Source: Kiritimatiellia bacterium
GTDB lineage: Bacteria; Verrucomicrobiota; Kiritimatiellia; RFP12; UBA1067
Length of the DNA stretch: 64,000 nt
Direction: 5' to 3'
Assembly: GCA_045598585.1 (NCBI GenBank)
Contig: JAZLMG010000023.1
Coordinates: 6,051 to 70,050, forward strand
The translations under genes and the position numbers were made by a program. The notes under the pieces were generated by a model, which had not been told where the DNA came from, made no database searches, and saw only the letters and a list, made by a program, of their open reading frames with translations. The first letter of the stretch is position 1. Every line of letters begins with the position of its first letter. Of the stretch, positions 47,101-52,313 are shown one piece after another.

Positions 47101-49080
47101 CGTGGCGTTGATGTCGGCTGGGCCGGCGCTTCCCTTAAGGTCGAACTCACTCGTACGAGCCCGATCTTCGAGCGTATCGATATCTTGAACTCGACCTCCG
47201 ACCGCATCGCGGTTCTCTACCCGAACGCGGCGACCGCCGGCTCTTCGAGCTCGACTACGACGACCGAGTCGGAAGATGGTGATGAAACCACGTCCGCTAT
47301 CGGCTCGTCCTCCTCGAGAAAGATCAAGGATTCGCTCGATAAGATCGGTGAGGAAGTGACCGTCCAGATCTACGTCAAGAGCTACGACACGATCGATGGT
47401 GTCCATACGCTCAATCCGGGCGCGCTCGAGACCAAGCATCACGTCATTTCTGAGACGAATCCTTACCGCATTATCCGTTCGATCCGCATGAACCTCCCTG
47501 TCCGTGGCTTCATCACGGAAGCGGATGTCCTTAACGCGGGTGAATATGATGTCGCTTGGAATGTCTTTAAGAACTTGAAGGAAAATACCGGTCATAACAT
47601 CACGTTCATGAACCTCGGTCTCCAGCTCGTTCTCGATAGCCAGGAAACGCTTGACCTCGGATACGATATCGTTCGCTACTTCGATCAGGCCAATGTCCGG
47701 CTTACGCCGAGCAACCTCTCGGTCACCGATGGCGTGGTTTACGGAGCTCGTCCGACCTTCAATTGGGAAATGCCCGAAACGGCCGATACGAATATGCCGT
47801 TCAATACCTATCCCGCCTTCTTGATCGAGATTGCGGAGGTTAACGGCACCACGACCAATAAGGTCTACGATACCGGCATCAAGTCGCTCACCGTCTTCAA
47901 TGAAGGTAAGTACTCGTGGAAGGCCGACTTCTCGGTTGGTGATCAGCTCCTCTATCGTGATGAGGATGACGTCGATTGCGGCTTCGTCTTGAAGCACAAT
48001 GCCAACTATGTCTGGCGTATCGCGATGCTTAATACGAAGTTCAACATCGCCTTCAATAATGAGGACTTCTCGAAGTACGCTCCTCTCGTCACGGCGGTCA
48101 ACGCCGTCCAGGCGATGAACGACCACAACTACGGCTCGATTAAGGTCGATGTCGCTTACGCGGGTTACTCGAAGGTACTCGCCAAGGTTGCCGAGACGGG
48201 CAGCGAGGCGACTGAACTCGCGGGGCAGATCCGTGTCCAGGCCTTCACAGGCGCCGACTTCGCGGGAACTCCCGTTGCGGAATCGATCGCGACCAAGAAC
48301 GCCGACGGTACGATTACCGCGACCCTCCGTGGCCTCGTCATGGGTGGTACCTACTATGTCCGCGCGTACATCGATCAGGATGGCGATCATACGAAGAGCG
48401 CTTGGGAATCGTGGGGTGTCGCGTCCGATGACATCACGCTCTCGGGCAACCTCGTTCCTGAAATCTCGCTCTTCCTTGAAGATTGCGATGTTGATCAGGA
48501 TTGGCTCCCCGACGCTTGGGAATACGAGAATGCTCGTGACTCGAAGACGGGTAAGGTTCCTGCGAACTTCCTCGCCGTCGAAACCGCCGCGGTTGTCGGA
48601 GATGATAAGGTTGCGCTTAAGAAGGATATCTATGAGAGATTCGCCGCGCGTCTCGCCGCGTTCTCGAATGGTCTCCCCGGCGCTTCGCTTACCACCTTTG
48701 AGAATGCGACGTTCGCCGCGAACCTCCTCGGTGTTGCGAAGAACGATCTCGTCACCGGCAAGCTTCCTTACGAAATCGCCGATGGCTCCGTTAAGATCAT
48801 CGACTTCAAGCTCTCCGCGACCAAGGTTTCGCTTACCTTCGGCGCCGAAGTCTTGACGACGGTCGATCCTACCGCGAAGCACCTCTATGATCTCGCGACC
48901 GATGCCAAGGTTACTGTTAAGATTTTGAAGAAGACCAACTTGACTGACGCGACTTGGACGACCGTCACTACCAAGACCGGTGTGTCGATCGGCGCTGATG
49001 GTACGACCGTCGACGTCAACCTCGGAACGACGCTCAATCTCTCGAGTGGCTTCTTCACGATTGAACTCATCAAGGAATAA
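29116..49080 (+). CDS. giant secreted, repeat-rich, probable Ca-binding surface protein (6,654 aa) with TSP type-3-like repeats, a LamG domain and DUF2141-like modules
   Basis: One uninterrupted 19,965-nt ORF. Signal peptide …MMKKFLSLIAAFTLSTLAASAADVW. N-terminal ~1,700 aa are Ig-like, beta-rich sequence. From nt 34303 onward there are more than 25 D-x-D-x-DG-x-x-D-x-x-E motifs (DTDGDGIPDGYE, DSDGDGVSDYFE, DEDNDGWSNYAEF…). LamG-like domain at ~37600-38275 (AMYFDG…FTVEAWVRP…WYHIAATFDG…IDEVRVWDGARS). Three DUF2141-like ends (YVMAYIDRNGNGKHDKFEPWGYVN and paralogues). Confidence 0.93.
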   Translation: MKAGNNMMKKFLSLIAAFTLSTLAASAADVWKMYTIQDRYNPTTPKKYTAATPVVPGNTVTFAVEILNKGSAYNTTKDDGALPTTLGTPWGFVNSGTGFDAAYPTISVSVGGRRDEASIVGVYTSASAGYATALVCEYVVKPGDLARPLKIWNNEFIVTPTIGGTTIGIKNSDGTISTPQWGDGWVAPVKTASQGAKIETSESYNSEERLNKTLAGSNIYVEGVRFATSAPESNSAPGTWLSVRANSTELFGGEAAIEVTGVSTSNGASTLYIWSGNEDVIDIVGDSNVLKLVEIDPNAEVIYNPSDNLADKKTANVYQLVFAQGSCRFKLHAKDGTYDANNRKSAKIYVSTMPGMVLNNATTIINDFIEATVDVIAPSKPSVWVRLDGAYERAVVIGSASQPKMTLSLSGRSFNETVKVDLKVTYNGIEEDATTPEFIVLGTESVKETRNNILSYEFDPGETEKEIHYFLRGVPAGGSFLITPICNKVATIDCHEAHMVVMPNPAITKVEAKGFQSGRAGKVTVTITDSERNFTLADDYKVEWFLNTADDTPATVKSVTFADGKFTLTGIEYKLPGNYTSRVAVTTPDGVTVSTDVEVIVKELTVAKLVRADGTALKEAVGEDGAEYKIVLEPNPGHEGDLYAYIVATDDAGEKLIKTTDQALPYAMTDRAGLDVTSGATEPFMINFNDNGVVSVTVVLSTSAYYDDTTDETYGLSTAKLNVKNIAAVVGKFRVQPHGKTTWSSASAKSVAGKEYAYEATYTGTLKSEEEYKLQASITDVTNDLGSDVIVEWRVLDADGNQTAIFYTKTKPTSGWVSCPEIPELTWEGKHFVEVRALDKDQIAALVVGNEAVEALNDDANYTDGLFNETFGPGDTPLFEDFGTNVVATRLALTVTNKPGMTVALDRFAYPSEDGTYLGWLEGAEEHEVTITLDQNVTGVKESKFDVTILTIDDKVPAITDLAISGSAVNNKTTVTIAANKKTASFKLVTKDGNNSAKYKINVKEQARQDGSVQFADSEGDCTFAIYNRTPQLTILSGEVISDDNNVSLSTNAIVVSVGQKINLKWGLVDGSETNVNGNWDGTTVTWYNGETGKTIVDKAVPNAEGEGELSVAFKSPTAEGVTYSLRVTWADKDKAGASMTWKITVVAAKTITLYPMGPSTGVNSTGLNYLFQNALGLGAGKVEVYEYAKNEVTEPTVSNHRQEWTLPGNPSAVQIYAEGYKWADGDNKGYTQYEQFGTEGGEKYTYNYADPLLNRARDSFFYGWLEAAQAENSSVYTVTRVGMPAPGKSNVYEVSLPTTRNDDGAFPRIIYEAIFSRESRESDNCGDINQDGIPDAYVTKFKFGVINEENELAGTSVDIDTNLKDFNEDNDFLPSASSQGGIVPGPQSNWANEQHAFTAYQEIRGFGDGLNNFYFEDNMVANASRVGPPAGTARDFTRAEEIAFQLATREAESALSNGAHSSQLTSSATDTAVSAMQEIANAFVDKEDGAIKAYIEELATASEMDYVYSYLNKQYPLHALNSAMNPDRTAYNEFLADTEELDKKKAEGHNAKVKSLTSSLKNSIAETLKTAYENGLKQVNNDISTYALNHKIEVEGVEQLSVKEELWNPDIMGAKWGNKGGDIAAVTNKYVLCVKEGFTANATKVVEDNGETAIYIAVRSALEKMAEETGAAAPTVYDGDIEVNIDLEQFASTLDSKINVDQIAATAETVVGSIFRWTPERPTDPTVSDTDGDGIPDGYEYWYWYRAHVGWMQEWSYNGVTVTNYCRLGLDTREFEWTEMVKDAAGNLVEKKFSNDWTKPDGWRNTPGKPMPGDNRCKKFDYAEPLSYKYISSAEIKKIYDPLVKSGMNFATVDTDNDGLPDQLELEIGTDPFNCDSDGDDMIDGWEHANGQDPLTWNDSNDKDSTLRNRDGDMMAIGKIHYLAFTAGGKKHVWLVPNLGYTIDGKGLDLIASELTHIQNGVVTQRVTLKNLTTPIPAAVFCDGEAEYKYPTTTLLSHGKVLNVAPDALRSRKLILPPDATDFEYGDEMVIMHSQVYNFYGFDPAIAWSQKWDGATVSEHCKAIIRRFDDASDYTSIPYTGYDEYELAWWKRFCCGENVSNFNGLVKATTIAGDIRNADGEVTTYGADTDGDGMPDGWELYVGLNPRDPEDAKRGQDGDGLINSAEFAGTDSCAAYAGVPSIASKLDRSWPNKILPTDPNDGDTDGDGITDSNEKSYFNYAWLDKDKDHQPSAGSFNFISNCVRGGGLNPCSVDTDLDGLPDGWEVQYMGQTVQMYTEGAYYPFDEEIGARSLYTPYMESKEAQIADGYKGDGTFTLPLNVNVIKFVVMGMDGTFAQDSGTLVAPAGDAIAQDQLTDKVRDYDFDHDGLENYQEYMTQTIRGFRYDDTETPLMGHALIWNGDNGDAANLANATDVVLSQDVEELAQALPAFNYSSAEDFLASMTVEDLDLEGNITTKPSELYNAIMADGANRMFAPVAAKQLKTLYARHPLFHNFHSDTETWYVDLDGVPTNGDDLDPTIYTKIEAEDGSSCKFTYVVDAMVPGTKNTVIYTPGTGYDYRALGYFADAKLASDPTVDLGYKHMYKPQSQSHYITELSMIKNVSDRSNADWDYCGFGPKRTASDRYIGTSPLARDTDGDGMDDYYELFHGLNPLYGSSDTISVAYGSAITAKGLSNLWVGLVGEFDAQMNLMPNYLTLPWLNGTTGADPDGDGLSNNEESIVANFTSPRPYHTDPTPRWMTDAAGTFSYTRQYYKDITSLTGKLPWVRVEDQIDEKYSGPDRSGERTGFLFAFEENEGYDTDGDWRGDAQELISGITSGSDPQDFTSPARRQAMYFDGELGSAMMTRFDQTFISYDAIDQFRQFTVEAWVRPDANDVEQVIIERDFWYEGSTMINNVGHYRANFRLGIAADGRVYALFDNANPVESASDLVNSTQRISGDKLECGKWYHIAATFDGKTIRLMINGVAKAWSESTLIPANGITDISSGLGTDEVYPSMGASRREGAFIIGAHLTDAAHDNVPAMRSFGNDLVDCFCGYIDEVRVWDGARSVAEILADHQKSYTRADVEEIRGTVYDAWVEKSTRNDNVTNSMLPPQLMISLSFDTLPAADGEEGISTSPVGFENKVLGNITFNGQPVTDDMIAINWYNKLTGLKSQVYTNPAIVPRARNTAAHLSALNGSFDDSMFWGNNFSGFVPAADRKQSSFAIPQTMNPYADSFITRQRVLQTWRMKRYSNQAGDDSVANLVKMARFDNRSRFDVSTDFYPLGHAYAKTCPDFWDNAGATDSWLDAMADTDADGLPDWWEMYAIEKYGLDPEADITSLTLINRDGVMMLAKDVYLLDYAEIYGNTSTADINKNGIPDWWEDLYGVTDANADEDSDGLSNYQEYLISYGPNASKFNLKLDPKNAFSNPNFAVTDYFAEGPTEDVGIDGKHIFANEYIGEIMTDHDFVEDWWENKYGNGYSSASIYDPYLDRDGDGWDNYSEVRSALWGGLVASSLIDKSLDNHNLVTCYPEPQIGLRVTYFGDKDITGKPLVARATSTQTKRVDAVYNVRGAAASDNAIERSYYLAGSMYDENSIIRGSLHPGSILPGDARFEYVTLSGESSFAWIVWEDIDHKNVHHYGSGTFDDYRDAVRRYGRRRVELLDSVIDWQPLANTISDGEGVAGKILCIADSVNGAPFIGEINFNTGDFEVNCAKLVSAGFAINDVLLRVNYSYKIGYNWPQTIYLSEAETGRILQGKNFIEVFIDIDENGERSEGEPYAIVKNVEVGWHKVPTITVELKDGNTEFGIERTVATSISPIHSAPVYSAAPTFTWSTTNDNSTEFAVRILDSEGKVVFTGERQRITGRDSTTVGGYTYRYTAPAYVGEALKDGETYTWQVIVGNAKFPVDEVTMTNDDFWSIPAEFQMDVANANRYPGIPTGHKSAEITVRYFGPVASEVTADEVIVEAYETADFTGQPMARMPLTVASKLSSRDDVSTADVTLIGLDNKPVYVMAYIDRNGNGKHDKFEPWGYVNQLNMGLKAIYQPKAVGETGSIIFIEDTDVNQNEIPDIKEFDLFSAEDDSDDISSDDSDGDSIPDEAELIMGSDPFTADADVAGDGDVMAYAEMLCDVALFSNGKSYAINPKTKELYTTFTFGGKMIVGRKLEGANVADAVSISRRVVTLIHGAVCDFLGYDDTTARATTSIGEDGKVVVSFGKDTIAFSNYWKYITNEKYLPEFGDYSYPVCSNYVDSNANGIDDGWELYFGFSNALSAHQFPIGANNIRIAEIVYNHKMSEASSASDVMAYAEVTAKIAVVGSEKYVLVYNNDGSIRTFLRTAEVPGAQHLVAYGPETAVQLKDVVVDIESGEVLSENYRGDTYVYEDTVILIHGAVLQYFGFNGSTARVNALSTHDEEEGGEEGGEEGDAVVTPTLPSFGGANTVPFTYYWKYVTREMLGLTLADGSELIYDALDSQPNGITDGWELYTGSDDPFAFANGYDPYSGDADMDGIPNDWEIAHGMNPGSMFDGLFATNDDDVMAYAEVEMTLVTNSESGEIFATFGKPQVGDLFKDGKYYATYRYGASLFSTVNYGIGAEVDPEIYGEARIDQVVETTVALIHNQVKEYFGFDPKTANAAVPEAERVNTKEFTPFDKYITFVYAHACKFLDFDNYDLDPFSVDTDMDGLPDGWELYVGTKANTFDRDEDLDGDGLSNLEEYNKGDKPLDPTSGSTLGELTDDIVAKFGLKTEADRLSDPDMDGLTNYQEYLAYLAGYGDFDITKADSDEDGVLDYFEKVTFNGKDTYVGFAVSDHDMMLDTTEADYDPTYVTTAKYDPKGDVDKDGWSNYAEMTAGTDPTRLITKGIDGYTLTEHPVPHLPLELISEDEIKASDRIFITATQNGKTTAKWEIGKGEEREAGEVTTTARQYSMYVGMNPGVKKTFRLSPGNLDPRRFRIRAIPTLWELTGKKKKDDDSYEYKYAHRDIDSATWAEIAQDVTHNDDPHTGYIRLGVGTTNIGSINYVTGEVTIDFESFFDGSMVWQTDMSRTGREWNPGDGYQISSEYYFDQAYFVLEWDATPEFGGSKSIYRLNDANEGFLREGKADFTVFVDQNGNGEYDEGEPRGTQHDVEIGWDVVRGVKINLAKSTTDLSNAKLELIAPTAAADAVVTTGSPIFRFKSLDGYASYAYTVKKGDEIIEEGTKLINGSAAFEQNFRLTKPLSEAGEYTWSVMIGKTTATASFVLAEVADCTECGSIEVSTKYFGPKSGKTIVRVYDSADFTGTVVGEATADSANSIVKIDRIPAGDHYVVAFIDDNLSGERNAYESWGYVNYLGENSLMTFVPKAVTVEKAKTAAAVLYIEDSDLNNNGIADSLEDPSQFVMYDEVEEPADTDGDGIPDAWENEQGLDSEDASDAASAVEGDVMAYIEVPMYLVTTEKGTYLTDKKLIVGDDVNRIAGTTFYSVYKYGSLSNSPYGRGAAVAAEGTISKIEPVTVALVHKQVYDKYGFNSKTANPSIPASELVNSKPFTALDKYLASAYAKANGFEVSLRAGEADVDLDGIPDGWELYVGLNPNSFEDRLSDGDGDGLAAIDEYNGGNVTDPNNDHTLDPGISDNFVMLYNLTKASADDDGDGLSNYAEYLITEVFRFKELNPKNADSDGDGVSDYFEKVGNFYLGEVFADHDQIDDQWELAHATLPGADKIFANSSIFDPTRDEDNDGWSNYAEFKAGTDPRGEFTIGLDNYTVAEYPIPLVKLDVLDNVKSTKVGALKIVAWNDEKDPNMTGVPDAIWTIGSGSESSGSGTAGSTGAQTLNESSRYIGQIPMGGIKSFYIGPGSVAPTSIEIQFNDPAAIKNFSETSADDEKVNESETLDATFGWFVAIKDNGLGDLILGGTNGRAVGKIDYSTGYMMIDFGDPTFDIRLVGNEYNPSSTDTTVTPINPRNCHALVSWKATKLSNSVSGTYYLADPDKVVDGNSRGRLREGKNTFMVFVDTEAGSSEGDDTFGDKIGFTVGEPMGIVRGVDVGWAGASLKVELTRTSPIFERIDILNSTSDRIAVLYPNAATAGSSSSTTTTESEDGDETTSAIGSSSSRKIKDSLDKIGEEVTVQIYVKSYDTIDGVHTLNPGALETKHHVISETNPYRIIRSIRMNLPVRGFITEADVLNAGEYDVAWNVFKNLKENTGHNITFMNLGLQLVLDSQETLDLGYDIVRYFDQANVRLTPSNLSVTDGVVYGARPTFNWEMPETADTNMPFNTYPAFLIEIAEVNGTTTNKVYDTGIKSLTVFNEGKYSWKADFSVGDQLLYRDEDDVDCGFVLKHNANYVWRIAMLNTKFNIAFNNEDFSKYAPLVTAVNAVQAMNDHNYGSIKVDVAYAGYSKVLAKVAETGSEATELAGQIRVQAFTGADFAGTPVAESIATKNADGTITATLRGLVMGGTYYVRAYIDQDGDHTKSAWESWGVASDDITLSGNLVPEISLFLEDCDVDQDWLPDAWEYENARDSKTGKVPANFLAVETAAVVGDDKVALKKDIYERFAARLAAFSNGLPGASLTTFENATFAANLLGVAKNDLVTGKLPYEIADGSVKIIDFKLSATKVSLTFGAEVLTTVDPTAKHLYDLATDAKVTVKILKKTNLTDATWTTVTTKTGVSIGADGTTVDVNLGTTLNLSSGFFTIELIKE
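39531..48420 (+). repeat. three divergent protein-level supermodules within the giant gene (A 39531-41160, B 43561-45040, C 46183-48420)
   Basis: Each starts D(x)DGW(S/D)NY(A/S)E. Each contains a (F)VD…NG(E)…EGEP…VE(I/V)GW element and a (S/A/R)P(I/T)F(R/T/N)(F/W) domain start. Each then has …(Y/V)(F/A)G(P/Y)… leading into a DUF2141-like …A(Y/F)ID…(E/F)(S/P)WG(Y/V). The DNA copies are strongly diverged. Confidence 0.7.
41416..43134 (+). repeat. three tandem copies of an unrecognised ~150-185-aa 'DVMAYAE…LIHxxV…(F/L)G(F/Y)(D/N)…DGWELY' module
   Basis: Copies at 41416-41856, 41962-42516 and 42661-43134. A fourth lies at 45307-45752. A divergent fifth lies at ~34846-35548 (DGDMMAIGKIHY…VIMHSQVYNFYGFDP…PDGWELYVG). 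Confidence 0.7.
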
Positions 49081-49100
49081 TCAAGAGGTTTGTGTATAAA

Positions 49101-50234
49101 ATGAAGAAGGCGATTAAGAACGTTCTTGTTATCAACTCGGGCTCCAGTTCGCTCAAGTACCAGGTCTTTGACATGGTCAAGGGCGAGCGCATCGCGAAGG
49201 GTCTTGTCGAGCGCATCGGCTGCGGTGGTCCTAAGGATCACACCGCCGCGCTCGACCAGGTCGTCGCCGATCTCGGTGAGCTCGCGAAGGGAATTGATGC
49301 TATCGGCCACCGCGTCCTCCACGGCGCGGAGGTCTTCAAGGATTCGGTTAAGGCAACGACGGCGAACATGAAGAAGCTCGAAAAGCTCGTCAAGTTCGGC
49401 CCCTTGCACATGCCTGCGAATCTTGGCGGCATCAAGGCCTGCGAGAAGATCTTCAAGGGCGTTCCCAACGTCGCCGTCTTTGACACGGCTTTCCACCAGA
49501 CGATGCCCGACTGCGCGGCGATGTACGCGATCGACCCGAAGTACTACAAGAAGATGGGTATCCGCAAGTACGGTTTCCACGGTACGAGCCATAAGTTCAT
49601 TACCGCTGCCGCTGCGGCCTTCCTCAAGAAGCCGGTCGATAAGGTCAATCTCGTCACTTGCCACATGGGTAACGGCTCCTCGCTCGCGGCTGTCAAGAAC
49701 GGTCAGTGCGTCGATACTACGATGGGTCTTACCCCGCTCGCGGGTATGGTTATGGGTACGCGTTGCGGCGATATCGACGCCGCGGCGGTTCTCTCGATCA
49801 TGGAAGCTGAAAAGCTTACTCCCGCCGAGACCGACACACTCCTTAACAAGAAGTCGGGCCTCCTCGCGCTTACCGGCTCGAGCGACTGCCGCGATATCGT
49901 CGGTAAGGCCGAGAAGGGCGATAAGGCCGCCGAGCTCGCGCTCGAAATGCTCGCTTATCGTACCGCGCTCTACATCGGTGGCTACAACACGGTTATCGGT
50001 GGCGCCGACGCGATCATCATGACCGGCGGCATCGGCGAAAACTCCTCCGAGGTTCGTGAGCGTATCATCAATCGTCTCGGTGCTCTCGGCATCAAGCTCG
50101 ACAAGAAGGCCAACCAGAAGCGCGGCCAGGTTGTCGTCCTCTCCGCCAAGGGCTCGAAGATCCCCGTCATCGCGATCCCGACGAACGAAGAGCTCGCCAT
50201 CGCCCAAGACACCGTCCGAGTATTAGGAGAGTAA
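49101..50234 (+). CDS. ackA: acetate kinase
   Basis: MKKAIKNVLVINSGSSSLKYQVF…, GHRVLHG, FDTAFHQTMP, YGFHGTSH, GGIGENS. The ATG at 49101 has AAGAGG upstream. The track ORF starts at GTG 49092. Confidence 0.95.
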   Translation: MKKAIKNVLVINSGSSSLKYQVFDMVKGERIAKGLVERIGCGGPKDHTAALDQVVADLGELAKGIDAIGHRVLHGAEVFKDSVKATTANMKKLEKLVKFGPLHMPANLGGIKACEKIFKGVPNVAVFDTAFHQTMPDCAAMYAIDPKYYKKMGIRKYGFHGTSHKFITAAAAAFLKKPVDKVNLVTCHMGNGSSLAAVKNGQCVDTTMGLTPLAGMVMGTRCGDIDAAAVLSIMEAEKLTPAETDTLLNKKSGLLALTGSSDCRDIVGKAEKGDKAAELALEMLAYRTALYIGGYNTVIGGADAIIMTGGIGENSSEVRERIINRLGALGIKLDKKANQKRGQVVVLSAKGSKIPVIAIPTNEELAIAQDTVRVLGE

Positions 50235-50235
50235 A

Positions 50236-51273
50236 ATGGACGCTATCAAGAAGATTATTGAAAACGCCTCGAAGTTGAACGGCACGATCGTTCTTCCTGA
50301 AGGCATGGACCCTCGCGTCATTACCGCCGCGTGCGCTTGCGTTTCGCGCAAGATTTGTACGCCCGTCGTTCTCGGAACCGACGCGGAAATCGCGACTGCC
50401 GAATCGCTCGCTCACATGAAGCTCTCCGACTACGGCATCAAGACGATCGACTATACCGCCGGTGATGCCGAACTCGAAGCCGCCTACCTCGAAGCGTGGA
50501 ACGCGAAGGAATCGAAGAAGCCCGTCGAAAAGCAGAAGATCATCGATCTCGCGACCGCCGAAAAGACTCTCCGCACGAAGCGCATCTACTTCGGCGGTAT
50601 GATGGTCAAGCTCGGCCGCGTCAATGGTCTCGTCGCGGGTTCGATCGCCTCGACGGGCGATATGCTCCGTGCCGCGTTCCACACGCTCGGCACTCAGAAG
50701 GGCGTCAAGACCGCTTCCTCCTGCTTCATCATGGATCTTCAGGCCCCGACCGCTTCGGGTGACTCGGTTCTTGCTTTCGGCGACTGCGCCGTCATTCCTA
50801 ACCCGACCGCCGAACAGCTCGTCGATATCGGCCTCGCTACCGCTCAGACCTACAAGGACTTGACCGGCTGCGAACCGCGCGTTGCGTACCTCTCGTTCTC
50901 CACGAAGGGCTCGGCTGCCGGTGACCTCGTCGAGAAGGTTCAGAAGGCTGTTGAACTCGCGCGTCCCGTTTTCGCCGAAAAGGGCACCAAGATGGATGGC
51001 GAAATGCAGTTCGATGCCGCGATCGTTCCTTCGGTCGGTGAACTCAAGAACCCGAAGGGCGAGATCAAGGGCAACGCCAATGTCTTCATCTTCCCCGACC
51101 TCCAGGCCGGCAACATCGGTTACAAGATCGCCCAGCGTCTCGGTGGCGCGACGGCTATCGGTCCTAACCTCCAGGGTCTTGCGAAGGCGATGAACGATCT
51201 CTCTCGCGGTTGCTCCGCCGAAGATATCGTCGGAACTATCTGTGTAACTTTGTTGCAGTCTGCAACAAAGTGA
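50236..51273 (+). CDS. pta: phosphate acetyltransferase (short form)
   Basis: 345 aa. …GTIVLPEGMDPRVI…, GLVAGSIASTGDMLRAAF, FPDLQAGNIGYKIAQRLGGA. It starts 1 nt after the ackA stop. Confidence 0.93.
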   Translation: MDAIKKIIENASKLNGTIVLPEGMDPRVITAACACVSRKICTPVVLGTDAEIATAESLAHMKLSDYGIKTIDYTAGDAELEAAYLEAWNAKESKKPVEKQKIIDLATAEKTLRTKRIYFGGMMVKLGRVNGLVAGSIASTGDMLRAAFHTLGTQKGVKTASSCFIMDLQAPTASGDSVLAFGDCAVIPNPTAEQLVDIGLATAQTYKDLTGCEPRVAYLSFSTKGSAAGDLVEKVQKAVELARPVFAEKGTKMDGEMQFDAAIVPSVGELKNPKGEIKGNANVFIFPDLQAGNIGYKIAQRLGGATAIGPNLQGLAKAMNDLSRGCSAEDIVGTICVTLLQSATK

Positions 51274-51312
51274 AGGCGTAGGGAAAAGGTGTAGGTGTAG
51301 AGGAGTTGATAA

Positions 51313-52296
51313 ATGACTAAGGACGAACAGCTTAAGCGCGCTTCCGAGGTCTTCGATATCGAGATCGAAGGTCTTAAGAAAGTGAAGGCATCGCTCGGTG
51401 AATCTTTCACCGATTCGATCGAGCTTATGCTCGAATGCGTGAAGAACGATGGCATTATCGTCGTCTCCGGCGTCGGCAAGAATCTTGCGATTGCTGAGAA
51501 GATGTCGGCGATCTTCGCTTCGACCGGCACGCGTTCGATCGTCCTTAATCCTGTCCAAGCGATGCACGGCGACCTCGGTATGGTCGCTCCTCGTGACGTC
51601 CTTATCGCGCTCTCGTTCTCGGGCGAATCGGACGAAATCTTGAAGCTTATTCCCGCGATCCGTCGCCACGGCCTTAAGGTTATTTCGATGACCGGTAAGA
51701 GTGAATCGACGCTTGCGAAACTCTCCGACATTCATCTCGCCATCCCCTGCGGCAAGGAAGCTTGCCCCTTCGGCATGGCCCCGACGAACTCGACTACCGC
51801 CACGATGGCGATGGGCGACGCGCTTGCGATGGTCATGATCGACGCGATGAAGTTCGAGCTTTCTTCCTACGCTCTCAATCACCCGGCGGGCGCCATCGGT
51901 CGCGCGCTTGTCATGAAGGTGACGGATATTATGCGTACGGGCGAAAAGCTCGCGAAGGTAGCGCCTACGGCTACCGTGATGGAAACTCTTATGGCGATGA
52001 CCAAGGCCAAGAGCGGCTCGGCAGTCATTGCAGGCGAAGACGGTAAGCTCCTCGGTATCTTTACCGATGGTGACTTCCGCCGCCAAATCTCCGAAGGCGC
52101 CGAAGTGCTCCTTCACTCCCCGATTTCCGAACACATGACGAAGAGCCCCTCGTTCGTCTTCGATACCGTTTACGCGGCGGAACTTCTTAAGGTCTTCGAG
52201 CGTAAGCATATTGACGATTTGCCGGTTTGCAACGCGGAAGGTAAAGTTGTCGGTCTCGTCGACATCCAGGACCTCCCGAAGATGAAAGTACTTTAA
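51313..52296 (+). CDS. kpsF: arabinose-5-phosphate isomerase (KpsF/GutQ family: SIS domain plus two CBS domains)
   Basis: 327 aa. VVSGVGKNLAIAEKMSAIFASTGTRSIVLNPVQAMHGDLGMV and SFSGESDEI form the SIS domain. A C-terminal CBS pair follows (…AVIAGEDGKLLGIFTDGDFRR… / …LPVCNAEGKVVGLVDIQDL). Confidence 0.9.
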   Translation: MTKDEQLKRASEVFDIEIEGLKKVKASLGESFTDSIELMLECVKNDGIIVVSGVGKNLAIAEKMSAIFASTGTRSIVLNPVQAMHGDLGMVAPRDVLIALSFSGESDEILKLIPAIRRHGLKVISMTGKSESTLAKLSDIHLAIPCGKEACPFGMAPTNSTTATMAMGDALAMVMIDAMKFELSSYALNHPAGAIGRALVMKVTDIMRTGEKLAKVAPTATVMETLMAMTKAKSGSAVIAGEDGKLLGIFTDGDFRRQISEGAEVLLHSPISEHMTKSPSFVFDTVYAAELLKVFERKHIDDLPVCNAEGKVVGLVDIQDLPKMKVL

Positions 52297-52313
52297 CGAA
52301 AGGATATTTGAAC

